Below are positions 56,411 to 64,000 of a DNA stretch of 64,000 bases, in pieces (within the stretch, counting starts at the first letter, position 1; every line of letters starts with the position of its first letter). The stretch is from an uncultured Verrucomicrobiota bacterium (GTDB taxonomy: Bacteria > Verrucomicrobiota > Kiritimatiellia > CAIKKV01 > CAITUY01). The stretch lies in NCBI GenBank assembly GCA_964611575.1, contig CAZTAJ010000001.1, positions 5,873-69,872 on the forward strand, given 5' to 3'. Both the position numbers and the translations under genes were made by a program. Under the pieces are notes generated by a model, which was not told the DNA's origin, searched no databases, and worked only from the letters and a program-made list of their open reading frames with translations.

Positions 56411-57421
56411 GTGAAAAGCGAGTCATTCGTTTCCGTTGTTCTGGTGGCGGATCAGCCGCTTGCCTCGCTCGAGAATGCCCTGCGTGACCTTCAGCGGGAA
56501 CTCGACGTGCGCTACTCGGATTACGAGGTGGCGGTGGTCGGTCAGGGCGCGGCGAAGGCATACACGCCGCAGGACGAGGCGGTCCTCAAGAGCATTCCCA
56601 GCTTGCGTTACCTGCAGTTGGCGGGGCGCGTGCATCCGGACGTAGCCTGGGCGGCGGCGTTGGAGAACGCGATTGGCGACTTTGTGGTCATGTTTGACCC
56701 CGTCGCCGACCCCCTGCAAGCCATCTCCGAGACGGTTGCCATCTGCAAGTCCGGATTCGATGTGGTGGTGGGGGTCGCTTGTCAGCCGCGGACGCTAGCC
56801 TACAGGGCTTTCCGCTCGATGGCAGACTTCATCTTGAAGCGGGTTGGCTATTCCTTGCCGCGCGATGCGACGGGACTCAGGTGCCTGAGCCGCCGTGCCG
56901 TCAACGCGGTTACCAGCACGGGGCGCCGCCATCATCAGTTGCCCATGAGAATCCAGAAGACGGGCTACCCGCAAACGGCCTACAACTATACGCTCTTGTC
57001 GACGGGCCGACCAGGCATTCCCCGATCGCTTCTGGCGGGAGTCGCCGGACTGCTGCGTTTGGTCGTCTTCAACTCATCCAGCCCGCTACGCTGGATGTCC
57101 GGCCTGGGCTTATTGGGCAGCTTTTCCGCCTTTGTGTTCGCCATGTACAGCCTGCTGATCCATCTTGTGAAGGGCAACGTTGTCGAGGGGTGGACGACCA
57201 CGATCCTGTTCATATCGGTGTTGTTCATGATGCAGTTCGTGATGATGGCGTTTTTCGGCGAGTATCTGGGCCGTTTGTTGGATGAACGCGGCGAACAAGC
57301 CGACTATTCGGTCGTGTTTGAGAAGAACAGCGCTGTCATGGTGAATCAGGATCGAGTCAATGTCCTCTACAACCCGGTCAGTGCTGAAGTGAACCAGGTC
57401 CAGACCGGTCGGGACCGCTGA
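56411..57421 (+). CDS. GT2-family glycosyltransferase with two C-terminal TM helices (GtrB/ArnC/DPM1-like polyprenyl-phosphate glycosyltransferase architecture)
   Basis: FVSVVLVADQ...; C-terminal helices LGLLGSFSAFVFAMYSLLIHL and TTTILFISVLFMMQFVMMAFFGEYLGR. Confidence 0.7.
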   Translation: MKSESFVSVVLVADQPLASLENALRDLQRELDVRYSDYEVAVVGQGAAKAYTPQDEAVLKSIPSLRYLQLAGRVHPDVAWAAALENAIGDFVVMFDPVADPLQAISETVAICKSGFDVVVGVACQPRTLAYRAFRSMADFILKRVGYSLPRDATGLRCLSRRAVNAVTSTGRRHHQLPMRIQKTGYPQTAYNYTLLSTGRPGIPRSLLAGVAGLLRLVVFNSSSPLRWMSGLGLLGSFSAFVFAMYSLLIHLVKGNVVEGWTTTILFISVLFMMQFVMMAFFGEYLGRLLDERGEQADYSVVFEKNSAVMVNQDRVNVLYNPVSAEVNQVQTGRDR

Positions 57422-57485
57422 GCCGGACCGGATGACGCGAAGTCTTCATCAATAATCCGTTGCCTGTGCGCAGTCCAATCTATCC

Positions 57486-58280
57486 ATGAACCCATCGGCG
57501 CTTATTGGATTCTCCGGGCTTGTGGGAAGCACGCTCCTCAGGCAGGCGCACTTCGCGTCACTTTACCGCTCCACCAACATCGGTACCATCGCGGGGCAAT
57601 CGTTCGAGACTGTTGTCTGCGCGGGTGCGCCCGCCCAGAAGTGGATTGCCAACCGGGAGCCGGAGGCGGATCGGGAGAAGATCGACGGGCTGATGGCGCA
57701 CCTGAAGACGATCCACTGCAAGACCTTCATCCTGATCAGCACGGTCGATGTGTTCGACGATCCCGTCGGCACCAACGAGGATACCCCGATTGACAAGGAT
57801 GGATTGCATCCGTACGGGCTGCATCGCCGATTGCTTGAGGAATTCGTTGAGACCCGCTTTCCCGAGCGTCTTGTTGTAAGGCTGCCCGGTCTGGTCGGGC
57901 CCGGTCTGCGCAAGAATGTCATCTTCGATTTGCTGAACGACAACCGTCTCGATGCCATTGATAGTCGTGGCGTGTTCCAGTTCTACCCTTTGGTCAATCT
58001 CTGGTGGGACATTCAAGTGGCGCGGCAGGCAGGACTGAAGTTGGTGCACCTCACGGCGGAACCTATCGGCGTCGCGGAAGTGGCCAAGGCCGGCTTTGGC
58101 CAGGACTTCTCGCGGACTCTTGCCGCCCCGCCCGCGGTCTATGATTTCCAGTCGAACCATGCGTCGCTATTCGGCGGGCAGGGACGGTATCAGTACAACC
58201 GGCGGGAAACCATCCAGGCGATTCGGGCCTACGCCCAGACAGAACCACGCACCATCAAGCCTGGACAGGGTGCGGGCTGA
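57486..58280 (+). CDS. atypical SDR / NAD-dependent epimerase-dehydratase-like protein
   Basis: LIGFSGLVGSTL (Gly-rich turn) and YGLHRR (a possible YxxxK variant). This is a weak family call. Confidence 0.5.
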   Translation: MNPSALIGFSGLVGSTLLRQAHFASLYRSTNIGTIAGQSFETVVCAGAPAQKWIANREPEADREKIDGLMAHLKTIHCKTFILISTVDVFDDPVGTNEDTPIDKDGLHPYGLHRRLLEEFVETRFPERLVVRLPGLVGPGLRKNVIFDLLNDNRLDAIDSRGVFQFYPLVNLWWDIQVARQAGLKLVHLTAEPIGVAEVAKAGFGQDFSRTLAAPPAVYDFQSNHASLFGGQGRYQYNRRETIQAIRAYAQTEPRTIKPGQGAG

Positions 58281-59137
58281 TGAGGATCGCCATCTCCAAT
58301 CTTGCGTGGGATGTCTCGGACGACGAACTGATCGCGTCCCTGCTGAACACCCACCGGATTGATGCCATCGATGTCGCTCCGAGCAAGTATTTCCCCAATC
58401 CGCGGGCGGCCCGTTCAGCCGACATGGGCCGTGTCAGGGATTGGTGGGCCGACCGGGGGATTGCCATTGTGGGAATGCAGGCGCTTCTGTTTGGCGCCAC
58501 GGGGCTCAACATGTTCGGGACCGATGAGTCCCAAGCGGCCATGCTGACCCACTTGGACGACATGTGCCGGATCGGGGCGGGGCTGGGGGCCACCAAGCTG
58601 GTGTTCGGATCGCCCAAGAACCGGGACCGTTCTTTGCTCACCGACGCGCAGACACAACGAGTAGCGGTGGCCTTTTTTCGTTGCCTTGGGGATATCGCCA
58701 TCCGGCATGGTGTGGTGATCTGCTTGGAGCCGAATCCCTCCTGTTACGGCGCCAACTTCATGATAAACAGTGCCGAAACCGCAGGCATCATCAGGGAGGT
58801 GGCAAGTCCGGCCGTCCGGATGCAGTTGGATGCCGGTGCCATCACCATCAATGGCGAGGATCCCGGCCGGGTCATCCATGAATACGCGGCGCTAGTCGGG
58901 CATGTCCATGCCAGCGAACCGGATCTCGTTGCGCTGGGGGACGGGACAACCAATCACGGACTCATGGCCTCTGCGTTACGGACGTGCCTGCCGGATCAGA
59001 TTGTTTCGATCGAAATGTTGCCGGCCCGAAAGGAGCCTAACCTGATGGCCATCGAGCGGGCTCTGGGTGTGGCTATCCGTCATTACCGTGCGCCTGCACC
59101 GGCTTATGTTGGCAACCCGGGGGCATTGCGACCATGA
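58280..59137 (+). CDS. sugar phosphate isomerase/epimerase (xylose-isomerase-like TIM barrel)
   Basis: MRIAISNLAW...VICLEPN...HVHASE pattern. Confidence 0.75.
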   Translation: MRIAISNLAWDVSDDELIASLLNTHRIDAIDVAPSKYFPNPRAARSADMGRVRDWWADRGIAIVGMQALLFGATGLNMFGTDESQAAMLTHLDDMCRIGAGLGATKLVFGSPKNRDRSLLTDAQTQRVAVAFFRCLGDIAIRHGVVICLEPNPSCYGANFMINSAETAGIIREVASPAVRMQLDAGAITINGEDPGRVIHEYAALVGHVHASEPDLVALGDGTTNHGLMASALRTCLPDQIVSIEMLPARKEPNLMAIERALGVAIRHYRAPAPAYVGNPGALRP

Positions 59138-59982
59138 GTTCCGACCTCTCTTCGGAACCCCGCGCCTCCTGGCAGGTGCCGGCATTTGAGACGTCTTTCT
59201 GGCTCGGCAAGCGCCATTCCTACGCTGTGGCGATTCCGGTCATCAACGAGGGCAACCGGATCCGGGCTTTTCTTGACCGGATGGTGGCGCTCCGTATTGC
59301 GGACATCGCGGACATCATTATTGTGGATTCCGGCAGCACCGATGGATCTCTGGAACTGGACTTTCTGAGAGACAGGGGCGTTCAAGGTCTTCTGGTAAAG
59401 ACCGGCCCCGGGAAACTCAGTTCGCAGTTGCGTTGTGTCTACGCTTTTGCGTTGGATCAGGGATACGAGGGCATTGTTACCATTGACGGCAACGACAAGG
59501 ATGATCCGGAGGCCATCCCCCGATTTGTCGAGGCACTCAGGAAGGGCGTTGATTTTGTGCAGGCGTCCCGTTTCGTGCAAGGCGGGAAGGCAGAGAACAC
59601 GCCAGGATCCCGGTATGTTGCCATTCGGTGGATTCACGCGCCGTTGCTCGCCCTGGCTTCCGGATACCACTGGACCGATACGACACAAGGCTTCCGCGCC
59701 TACAGCAGAAAGATGCTGCTGGATCCTGACATCGCCGTGTTCAGAGACGTGTTGTCAAGCTACGAACTGCTGGCCTATCTGTCTTATCGCGCACCGAGAC
59801 TTCATTACCGTTGCATGGAACTACCGACGACACGGCGGTATCCGTCGTCGGGTGAAGTCCCGACCAAGATCAGCCGCGTGAGGGGTAATCTGTCGCTTCT
59901 GCGGGTTCTCGTTCGAGCGTGCCTGGGAGGGTACAATCCTTCGCCCGACAGGCGATCGCAGAAAATACGAGAACTCCGCTGA
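59134..59982 (+). CDS. GT2-family glycosyltransferase
   Basis: YAVAIPVINEG...IIIVDSGSTDGS...TIDGNDKDDP (DxD-type). Confidence 0.8.
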   Translation: MSSDLSSEPRASWQVPAFETSFWLGKRHSYAVAIPVINEGNRIRAFLDRMVALRIADIADIIIVDSGSTDGSLELDFLRDRGVQGLLVKTGPGKLSSQLRCVYAFALDQGYEGIVTIDGNDKDDPEAIPRFVEALRKGVDFVQASRFVQGGKAENTPGSRYVAIRWIHAPLLALASGYHWTDTTQGFRAYSRKMLLDPDIAVFRDVLSSYELLAYLSYRAPRLHYRCMELPTTRRYPSSGEVPTKISRVRGNLSLLRVLVRACLGGYNPSPDRRSQKIRELR

Positions 59983-60036
59983 GAGTGGGATGCGGAAGGG
60001 ACCGCCGCTTGCGTGCGTGCGGGCGCGGGCGGGACG

Positions 60037-61746
60037 TCACCGGCGGACATCGGAGGGCGGGAGGCGGATGGCGGGGTAGAGATTGCGAATGAAGTCGAAC
60101 AGTCTGCGCCGTCCCGCGGGCTGGTCGAAGGGATGCGTGGCGAAGACCGAGACGTAAGCCCAACGAGGGGCGCGGTTGTGAAACAGGCGGTCCGACGCCA
60201 CCCAGGCGAGGCGCTGCCAATGGGACGCGGTCTCGCGGTTGTGTCCGACAAACCAGTAGGCAAACCCGACGCGAGTGGCGCCGCTGGAGGCGTGGGCCTC
60301 GATGACCATGAGATCGAGGGGCGCGCGCCCCTCGATCGGCGTGCGGTCCGTGCGGACGCGGTCAATCACCAATCCCTGCGCGGGCAGGCACAACTGCGGG
60401 CGGTGAATGCTGCGCTGATCCTCGCCGCTGAAGACCACCGTGACCTGATAGGTGCGACCGCCGGTGGCCGTGTAGACTTTCCTCAGAATTTTCGTGTCCT
60501 TGGGCAGTATGTTGCGCTCGCCGAGCGAGGTGGTGGCGAGTGGGCCGCCGCACGCCGGGCAGATGGTGCGGTCGCTGAGCGACGCGGCGAGCGAACTCTT
60601 CAGGCACTGCTCGTTCTGGCAATAGAGCACGTCGTCACCTGCAAACTCCCCGACACGTTCCGGCAGGCGGTCACGCAAGTCACAGGACGTGTCCACCATC
60701 ACCGGCGGGGCGAACAGCGTCCAGACGGAAAGAACGGCCAAAAACAGAGGCGGGAGTAACCGGGAGGGGAAAAAGGAGGCCTGGGTTGGAGATCGGAGAT
60801 CGGAAGCCGGAATGACACTCTCCGGAGTCGTACGCTTGTGGGCCACGCGACTCAACCATCCGGCGAGTGCCATCATCAGGCTTATCGTCACCGTGAAGAA
60901 GACATAGCCGGAGTAGTCATGGTAGAACCCCGTGGCCCGCTCCTGCCCGAAACGGTGTGCCACGAGGGCGATGCTGACGATGCGGGCCACATTGCCGGTG
61001 ATGGCCAGCGGCACGGCGGCGGCGACCAGCAGCCAGCGCGACCAGGGTCCGCGCACGAAGAACCAGGCATAGGCGGCGCTGAGGGCCACCAGCGGGAGCA
61101 GCGAGTGCAGACCGCTGCACGGATCGGCAACATCCAGTTGAAAGCCGCCGCCGGCCAGCGAGTGGATGGCCGTGCCGCTGCGGACGGCGGCGATGCCGAT
61201 GCCGTTGAGCGTGGCGGTGGCCAGTGTGGTGGCGATGATCCGCAATGGGAAGGTGAGCGAGTCGAGAAAACTGGCGGGAATGCAGAACAGCAGATACAGG
61301 GCGGGGAATGCGGTCTGCCGCGCCACCCCCCATCCCCAGAAGGTGAAGGGCACACTCCACAGTAGCAGCAGCAGGGAGAGCAGCGTGAGCCGCGTTTGCT
61401 GGCCGCGCACGCCGAGCCAGTATAGTCCGAGCGCCGCTATGAAGACGGCCAGGCCGCGGAGATCGGGGCGCTTTGGCATGACGTGCAGGATGCGGCGCCG
61501 GTCCCAGAGCGCGTAGAGACTGACCAACGGGATCAGCCAGGCATGGGAGAGATCCCCCGCCGCGCCGTTCCAGCGGGCAACCATCCACCGGATGGCCGAA
61601 TGCCCCCGGATTGCCACTTCCTCGGCATTGCCATGGGCGTAGTACAGAAAGCCCGTCAGCAGTGTGATGACGGCCAGACTGGCGCCGGTCAGCCAAGCGT
61701 AACGGCCCGGGTTACCGGGTTCAGGATTGATGTCGGGTTCGCTCAT
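60037..61746 (-). CDS. exosortase fused to C-terminal EpsI-family domain (with zinc-ribbon-like insert)
   Basis: The exosortase half carries ADPCSG, GNVARI and YHDYSG. The C-terminal half carries IHRPQLCLPAQG, an EpsI-type motif. The insert is CQNEQC...CPAC. Confidence 0.8.
   Translation of the reverse strand: MSEPDINPEPGNPGRYAWLTGASLAVITLLTGFLYYAHGNAEEVAIRGHSAIRWMVARWNGAAGDLSHAWLIPLVSLYALWDRRRILHVMPKRPDLRGLAVFIAALGLYWLGVRGQQTRLTLLSLLLLLWSVPFTFWGWGVARQTAFPALYLLFCIPASFLDSLTFPLRIIATTLATATLNGIGIAAVRSGTAIHSLAGGGFQLDVADPCSGLHSLLPLVALSAAYAWFFVRGPWSRWLLVAAAVPLAITGNVARIVSIALVAHRFGQERATGFYHDYSGYVFFTVTISLMMALAGWLSRVAHKRTTPESVIPASDLRSPTQASFFPSRLLPPLFLAVLSVWTLFAPPVMVDTSCDLRDRLPERVGEFAGDDVLYCQNEQCLKSSLAASLSDRTICPACGGPLATTSLGERNILPKDTKILRKVYTATGGRTYQVTVVFSGEDQRSIHRPQLCLPAQGLVIDRVRTDRTPIEGRAPLDLMVIEAHASSGATRVGFAYWFVGHNRETASHWQRLAWVASDRLFHNRAPRWAYVSVFATHPFDQPAGRRRLFDFIRNLYPAIRLPPSDVRR
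60788..60810 (+). repeat. heptanucleotide tandem GGAGATC GGAGATC GGAAGCC GG
   Basis: Read directly. It lies in the linker between the exosortase and EpsI halves and encodes ...ASDLRSPT... on the minus strand. Confidence 0.8.
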
Positions 61747-62975
61747 GACAGAGGCTTGTCCGTGGCGGCTGTTTCCTTCCGGCGGGTCATCCCCCAGCCG
61801 ATGACCCCGATGAATAGCAGAAAGGGTTCAAACGGCAAACGGTAACGATAGCGCGAGATGAAGCAGGCATGTCCCGCCGCCAGCACGACCATCATGGCGA
61901 AGGCCAGCAGAGGCCAAGCCGGGGCCCGGCGGCGCAGGGCCCAGCACCCAAAGAGCGCGGCGGCATAGACGGTCAGAGAGGTCAGGCGCGCCACCCATTC
62001 GCGCAGGGGGGACCGCTCGGATTCGGTCACCATCGCGCCGTTGTTCCACCGGAAGAAGTTCAGGAATTTCAGAACCCACAGCCGGGCGGCCTGCCCGGGA
62101 TGCTCGCGGATCCAGGCCCTGGCCTGGGATGCAAAACACTGTTCGACATCTTTGCCTGAGGACGCCGCGCGGAGTTCGGCGTAAAAGGCCGGAGACAACG
62201 CGATCTGGCCGCCGGTGTTCATGCCGGCCTGCGGGTTGAATCCCAGGAACAATTGCTCGCCGCCCGAGGTGGAGAAGGGGATCAACTCCTTTTCAACCTG
62301 CGCATTGCGCAGGGTCCACGGCAGGATCGCCAGCATCAACCCGCCGGCCAGGGCCGCCGTGTACCGCATCAGCGCCCGCCACCGATGCGGCCAGTGCCAC
62401 AGTATCAGCCCCGGCAGGAGGAAGATCTGCGTCGGAACAAACATGGCCCCAACTCCGACCAGCACGCCGTCGAGGCAGCCGACTGCAGGACGCCACGGCG
62501 CTGTCGCGGTCGCCCGGCAGGCCAGCACGGCCACCAGGCAGGCCAGCCAGAGGGCCTGGAAGGACTGCGGGTAGTTCGTGAGACTCATGTAGAGATTGAC
62601 GGGGTGAAAACCCGCCAACGCCAGCATGAGGGCGGTGAGCAGGATGTTCCGGGTCAGACGCCAGACGGCGAAGGCATACAGACCGGCGGCCAGCATATAG
62701 ACCATGCCGTTGAGCAGGCGGGCCTTGAGCGGCGTCAGCGGGGTGACTTTGCCCATGGCGCCCAGGGCGAAGGGCAGTCCCGGCGCCTGGCGGATGGCAT
62801 AGGGGGGGGGCTCGGAACTGAGCGTGTAGCGGTTATGGTTTGCCAGGTTCGATCCGATGTCGAAGTACAGTCGTTCGTCCGGGTAACGCAGGCCTATCTG
62901 CCGGTCGAATACCGCCAGCCGACTGCCGGCGATAAGGACTGAGATCAGTACGATCATGAGCCAGCCTTGTTTCAT
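61743..62975 (-). CDS. GT-C fold membrane glycosyltransferase (ArnT/PMT, GT39/GT83-like)
   Basis: Polytopic, with the early loop RYPDERLYFDIG (DE/DxD-type loop) typical of the ArnT/PMT family. The start is at MKQGWL (62975). Its stop overlaps the exosortase start (ATGA). Confidence 0.65.
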   Translation of the reverse strand: MKQGWLMIVLISVLIAGSRLAVFDRQIGLRYPDERLYFDIGSNLANHNRYTLSSEPPPYAIRQAPGLPFALGAMGKVTPLTPLKARLLNGMVYMLAAGLYAFAVWRLTRNILLTALMLALAGFHPVNLYMSLTNYPQSFQALWLACLVAVLACRATATAPWRPAVGCLDGVLVGVGAMFVPTQIFLLPGLILWHWPHRWRALMRYTAALAGGLMLAILPWTLRNAQVEKELIPFSTSGGEQLFLGFNPQAGMNTGGQIALSPAFYAELRAASSGKDVEQCFASQARAWIREHPGQAARLWVLKFLNFFRWNNGAMVTESERSPLREWVARLTSLTVYAAALFGCWALRRRAPAWPLLAFAMMVVLAAGHACFISRYRYRLPFEPFLLFIGVIGWGMTRRKETAATDKPLS

Positions 62976-62998
62976 GGTATGTCTTCCGGGGATGCCGT

Positions 62999-64000
62999 TC
63001 ACTTGCGTTCGACGCGTTGGAGGTAGTCGTCGTAGGACAGAAGGGGCGCTTCCTGCTTCATGCGCGTGAAGAGATCCTCGTAATAGGCCGTGATCCAGTC
63101 CCACTGGTAGTAGGTATTGATCCGTGAGGCCGCCTGCGCACGATAGGCCTCGACGGTTGCCGGTTGGTCGATGAGCTGTTGCAGTTTGACGGGGAGATCC
63201 TTCTCGGGATCGTTCGTGTCAAAATACGCCCCGCAGTCCGCCACAACCTCGGTATTGGCCGGCGAGTTGCGGACCAGTACGCAGTTTCCGAATCCCAGTT
63301 GATCCAGGAGGGCGGGCCGCGTGCCGTCAACGGCTGATGGTTGAACGACGGCGTAGGCGTGGCTGCTCAACTGGGCGTAGTCCCGGCCGAAGGCGTAGCC
63401 GGTGAAGATGACCCGCTCGTTCGCCAGCCCCTGGAGGGTCTGTTTATAGGCGCTTGCGTACGGCGCGTCGCCGACCAGCACGAGCTTCATGTCGGTGCGC
63501 AGTTTAAGGAACGACCGAATCAGCAGATCAATGCAATTCTCCGGGACGAAACGTCCGACATAAAACAAGTAGCGTCGCGACTGCACGCCCCATTGCCGAA
63601 GCGCCTCCGTGCCGTCGTCGCGGGCGACGTTGGCGCCGTAGGGCGCGAAGATCGTCGCGGCGTTGTAGAGGTCGCGGTAACGCTGCTGGATGACTTTCGC
63701 GTCGGCGATCAGCACTCGGGCGCTTTGGACGGCGACTCGTTCGCAACCGCGCTGGTAGGCGCGGGCGAATCGGCCCCATTTTTCGCGGGCCCAATCCTGG
63801 CCGTCCACGTTCAGTAGTACGCGCGCTCCGGTCAGGCGCGGCAGCCAGACCAGCGGGCTGTTGCCGACGATGCAGTAGTAGGCGATATCGTAGTGTTGGG
63901 TCAGCGCATGGAGCGTGGAGAGAAAGGTATGCGAGAGGGTTTCCAGGTGCTTGGTCCGGATGGCCGGCAGGGAGACAAGACGCATGCCCCGGTATTGTCC
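62999..64000 (-). CDS. GT4 (GT-B fold) glycosyltransferase, N-terminus beyond window end
   Basis: ...LFYVGRFVPENCIDLLI...GYAFG...VQPSAVDGTRPALLDQLGFGNCVLV (E-x7-E-like region). The frame stays open through position 64000. Confidence 0.8.
   Translation of the reverse strand, partial: GQYRGMRLVSLPAIRTKHLETLSHTFLSTLHALTQHYDIAYYCIVGNSPLVWLPRLTGARVLLNVDGQDWAREKWGRFARAYQRGCERVAVQSARVLIADAKVIQQRYRDLYNAATIFAPYGANVARDDGTEALRQWGVQSRRYLFYVGRFVPENCIDLLIRSFLKLRTDMKLVLVGDAPYASAYKQTLQGLANERVIFTGYAFGRDYAQLSSHAYAVVQPSAVDGTRPALLDQLGFGNCVLVRNSPANTEVVADCGAYFDTNDPEKDLPVKLQQLIDQPATVEAYRAQAASRINTYYQWDWITAYYEDLFTRMKQEAPLLSYDDYLQRVERK

Noticed and set aside
62846-62855. GGTTCGATCC, a tRNA T-loop-like string.
   Set aside because: The flanking bases do not form a T-arm stem or the rest of a cloverleaf. 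The string lies inside the GT-C coding sequence. I found no tRNA in the window.

Overview
This is a densely coding, high-GC bacterial chromosomal window, visibly about two-thirds G+C. I call about 64 protein genes. I found no rRNA or tRNA, no CRISPR array, no transposase, integrase or phage genes, and no recognisable defence system. All family calls come from motifs I read in the ORF translations; no database search was possible.

Gene content suggests a PVC-group organism (Verrucomicrobiota, Kiritimatiellota or Planctomycetota-like). The evidence is DUF1573, a prepilin-type N-terminal protein, exosortase/EPS genes, an AraC plus Gfo/Idh/MocA sugar operon, and DUF481. This is inference only.

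Recognisable blocks:
- 1-3 kb: RNA methyltransferase, nitrilase-family hydrolase and a MEMO-like protein.
- 3-7.2 kb: AraC regulator with a divergent URO-D-like, MDR dehydrogenase and Gfo/Idh/MocA operon.
- 7.7-10.5 kb: a translationally coupled PaaK-like ligase and a radical-SAM/SPASM-hotdog fusion.
- 12.6-16 kb: oadGAB Na+-pumping decarboxylase.
- 23-25 kb: a second PaaK/CapK-like ligase with an S51 peptidase.
- 25.4-29 kb: asnS and atpBEFH.
- 29-35.6 kb: S41 protease, dapF, xth, MgtC-family protein, a lipoprotein and ispH.
- 35.7-38.9 kb: DUF116 with a REC-histidine kinase, a LuxR regulator, an XRE regulator and a CheY-like protein.
- 39-52.8 kb: mixed housekeeping and envelope genes.
- 52.8-64 kb: an EPS locus with two exosortase-family genes.

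Most of the window is ordinary core genome. The signals I consider most worth follow-up are:
1. A roughly 50-nt Y-shaped palindromic repeat family. It has three copies, two compensatory base-pair swaps in one stem, and two copies bracket a single lipoprotein gene.
2. The ligase plus rSAM-SPASM-hotdog pair.
3. The dual-exosortase EPS locus, which includes an exosortase-EpsI fusion carrying a zinc-ribbon insert.
4. Short G-rich heptanucleotide tandem arrays that recur at gene and domain boundaries.
5. An 11-C homopolymer in the 5' end of a CcdA/DsbD-like gene.

I cannot show that any of these is a new system without genome-wide and database searches.
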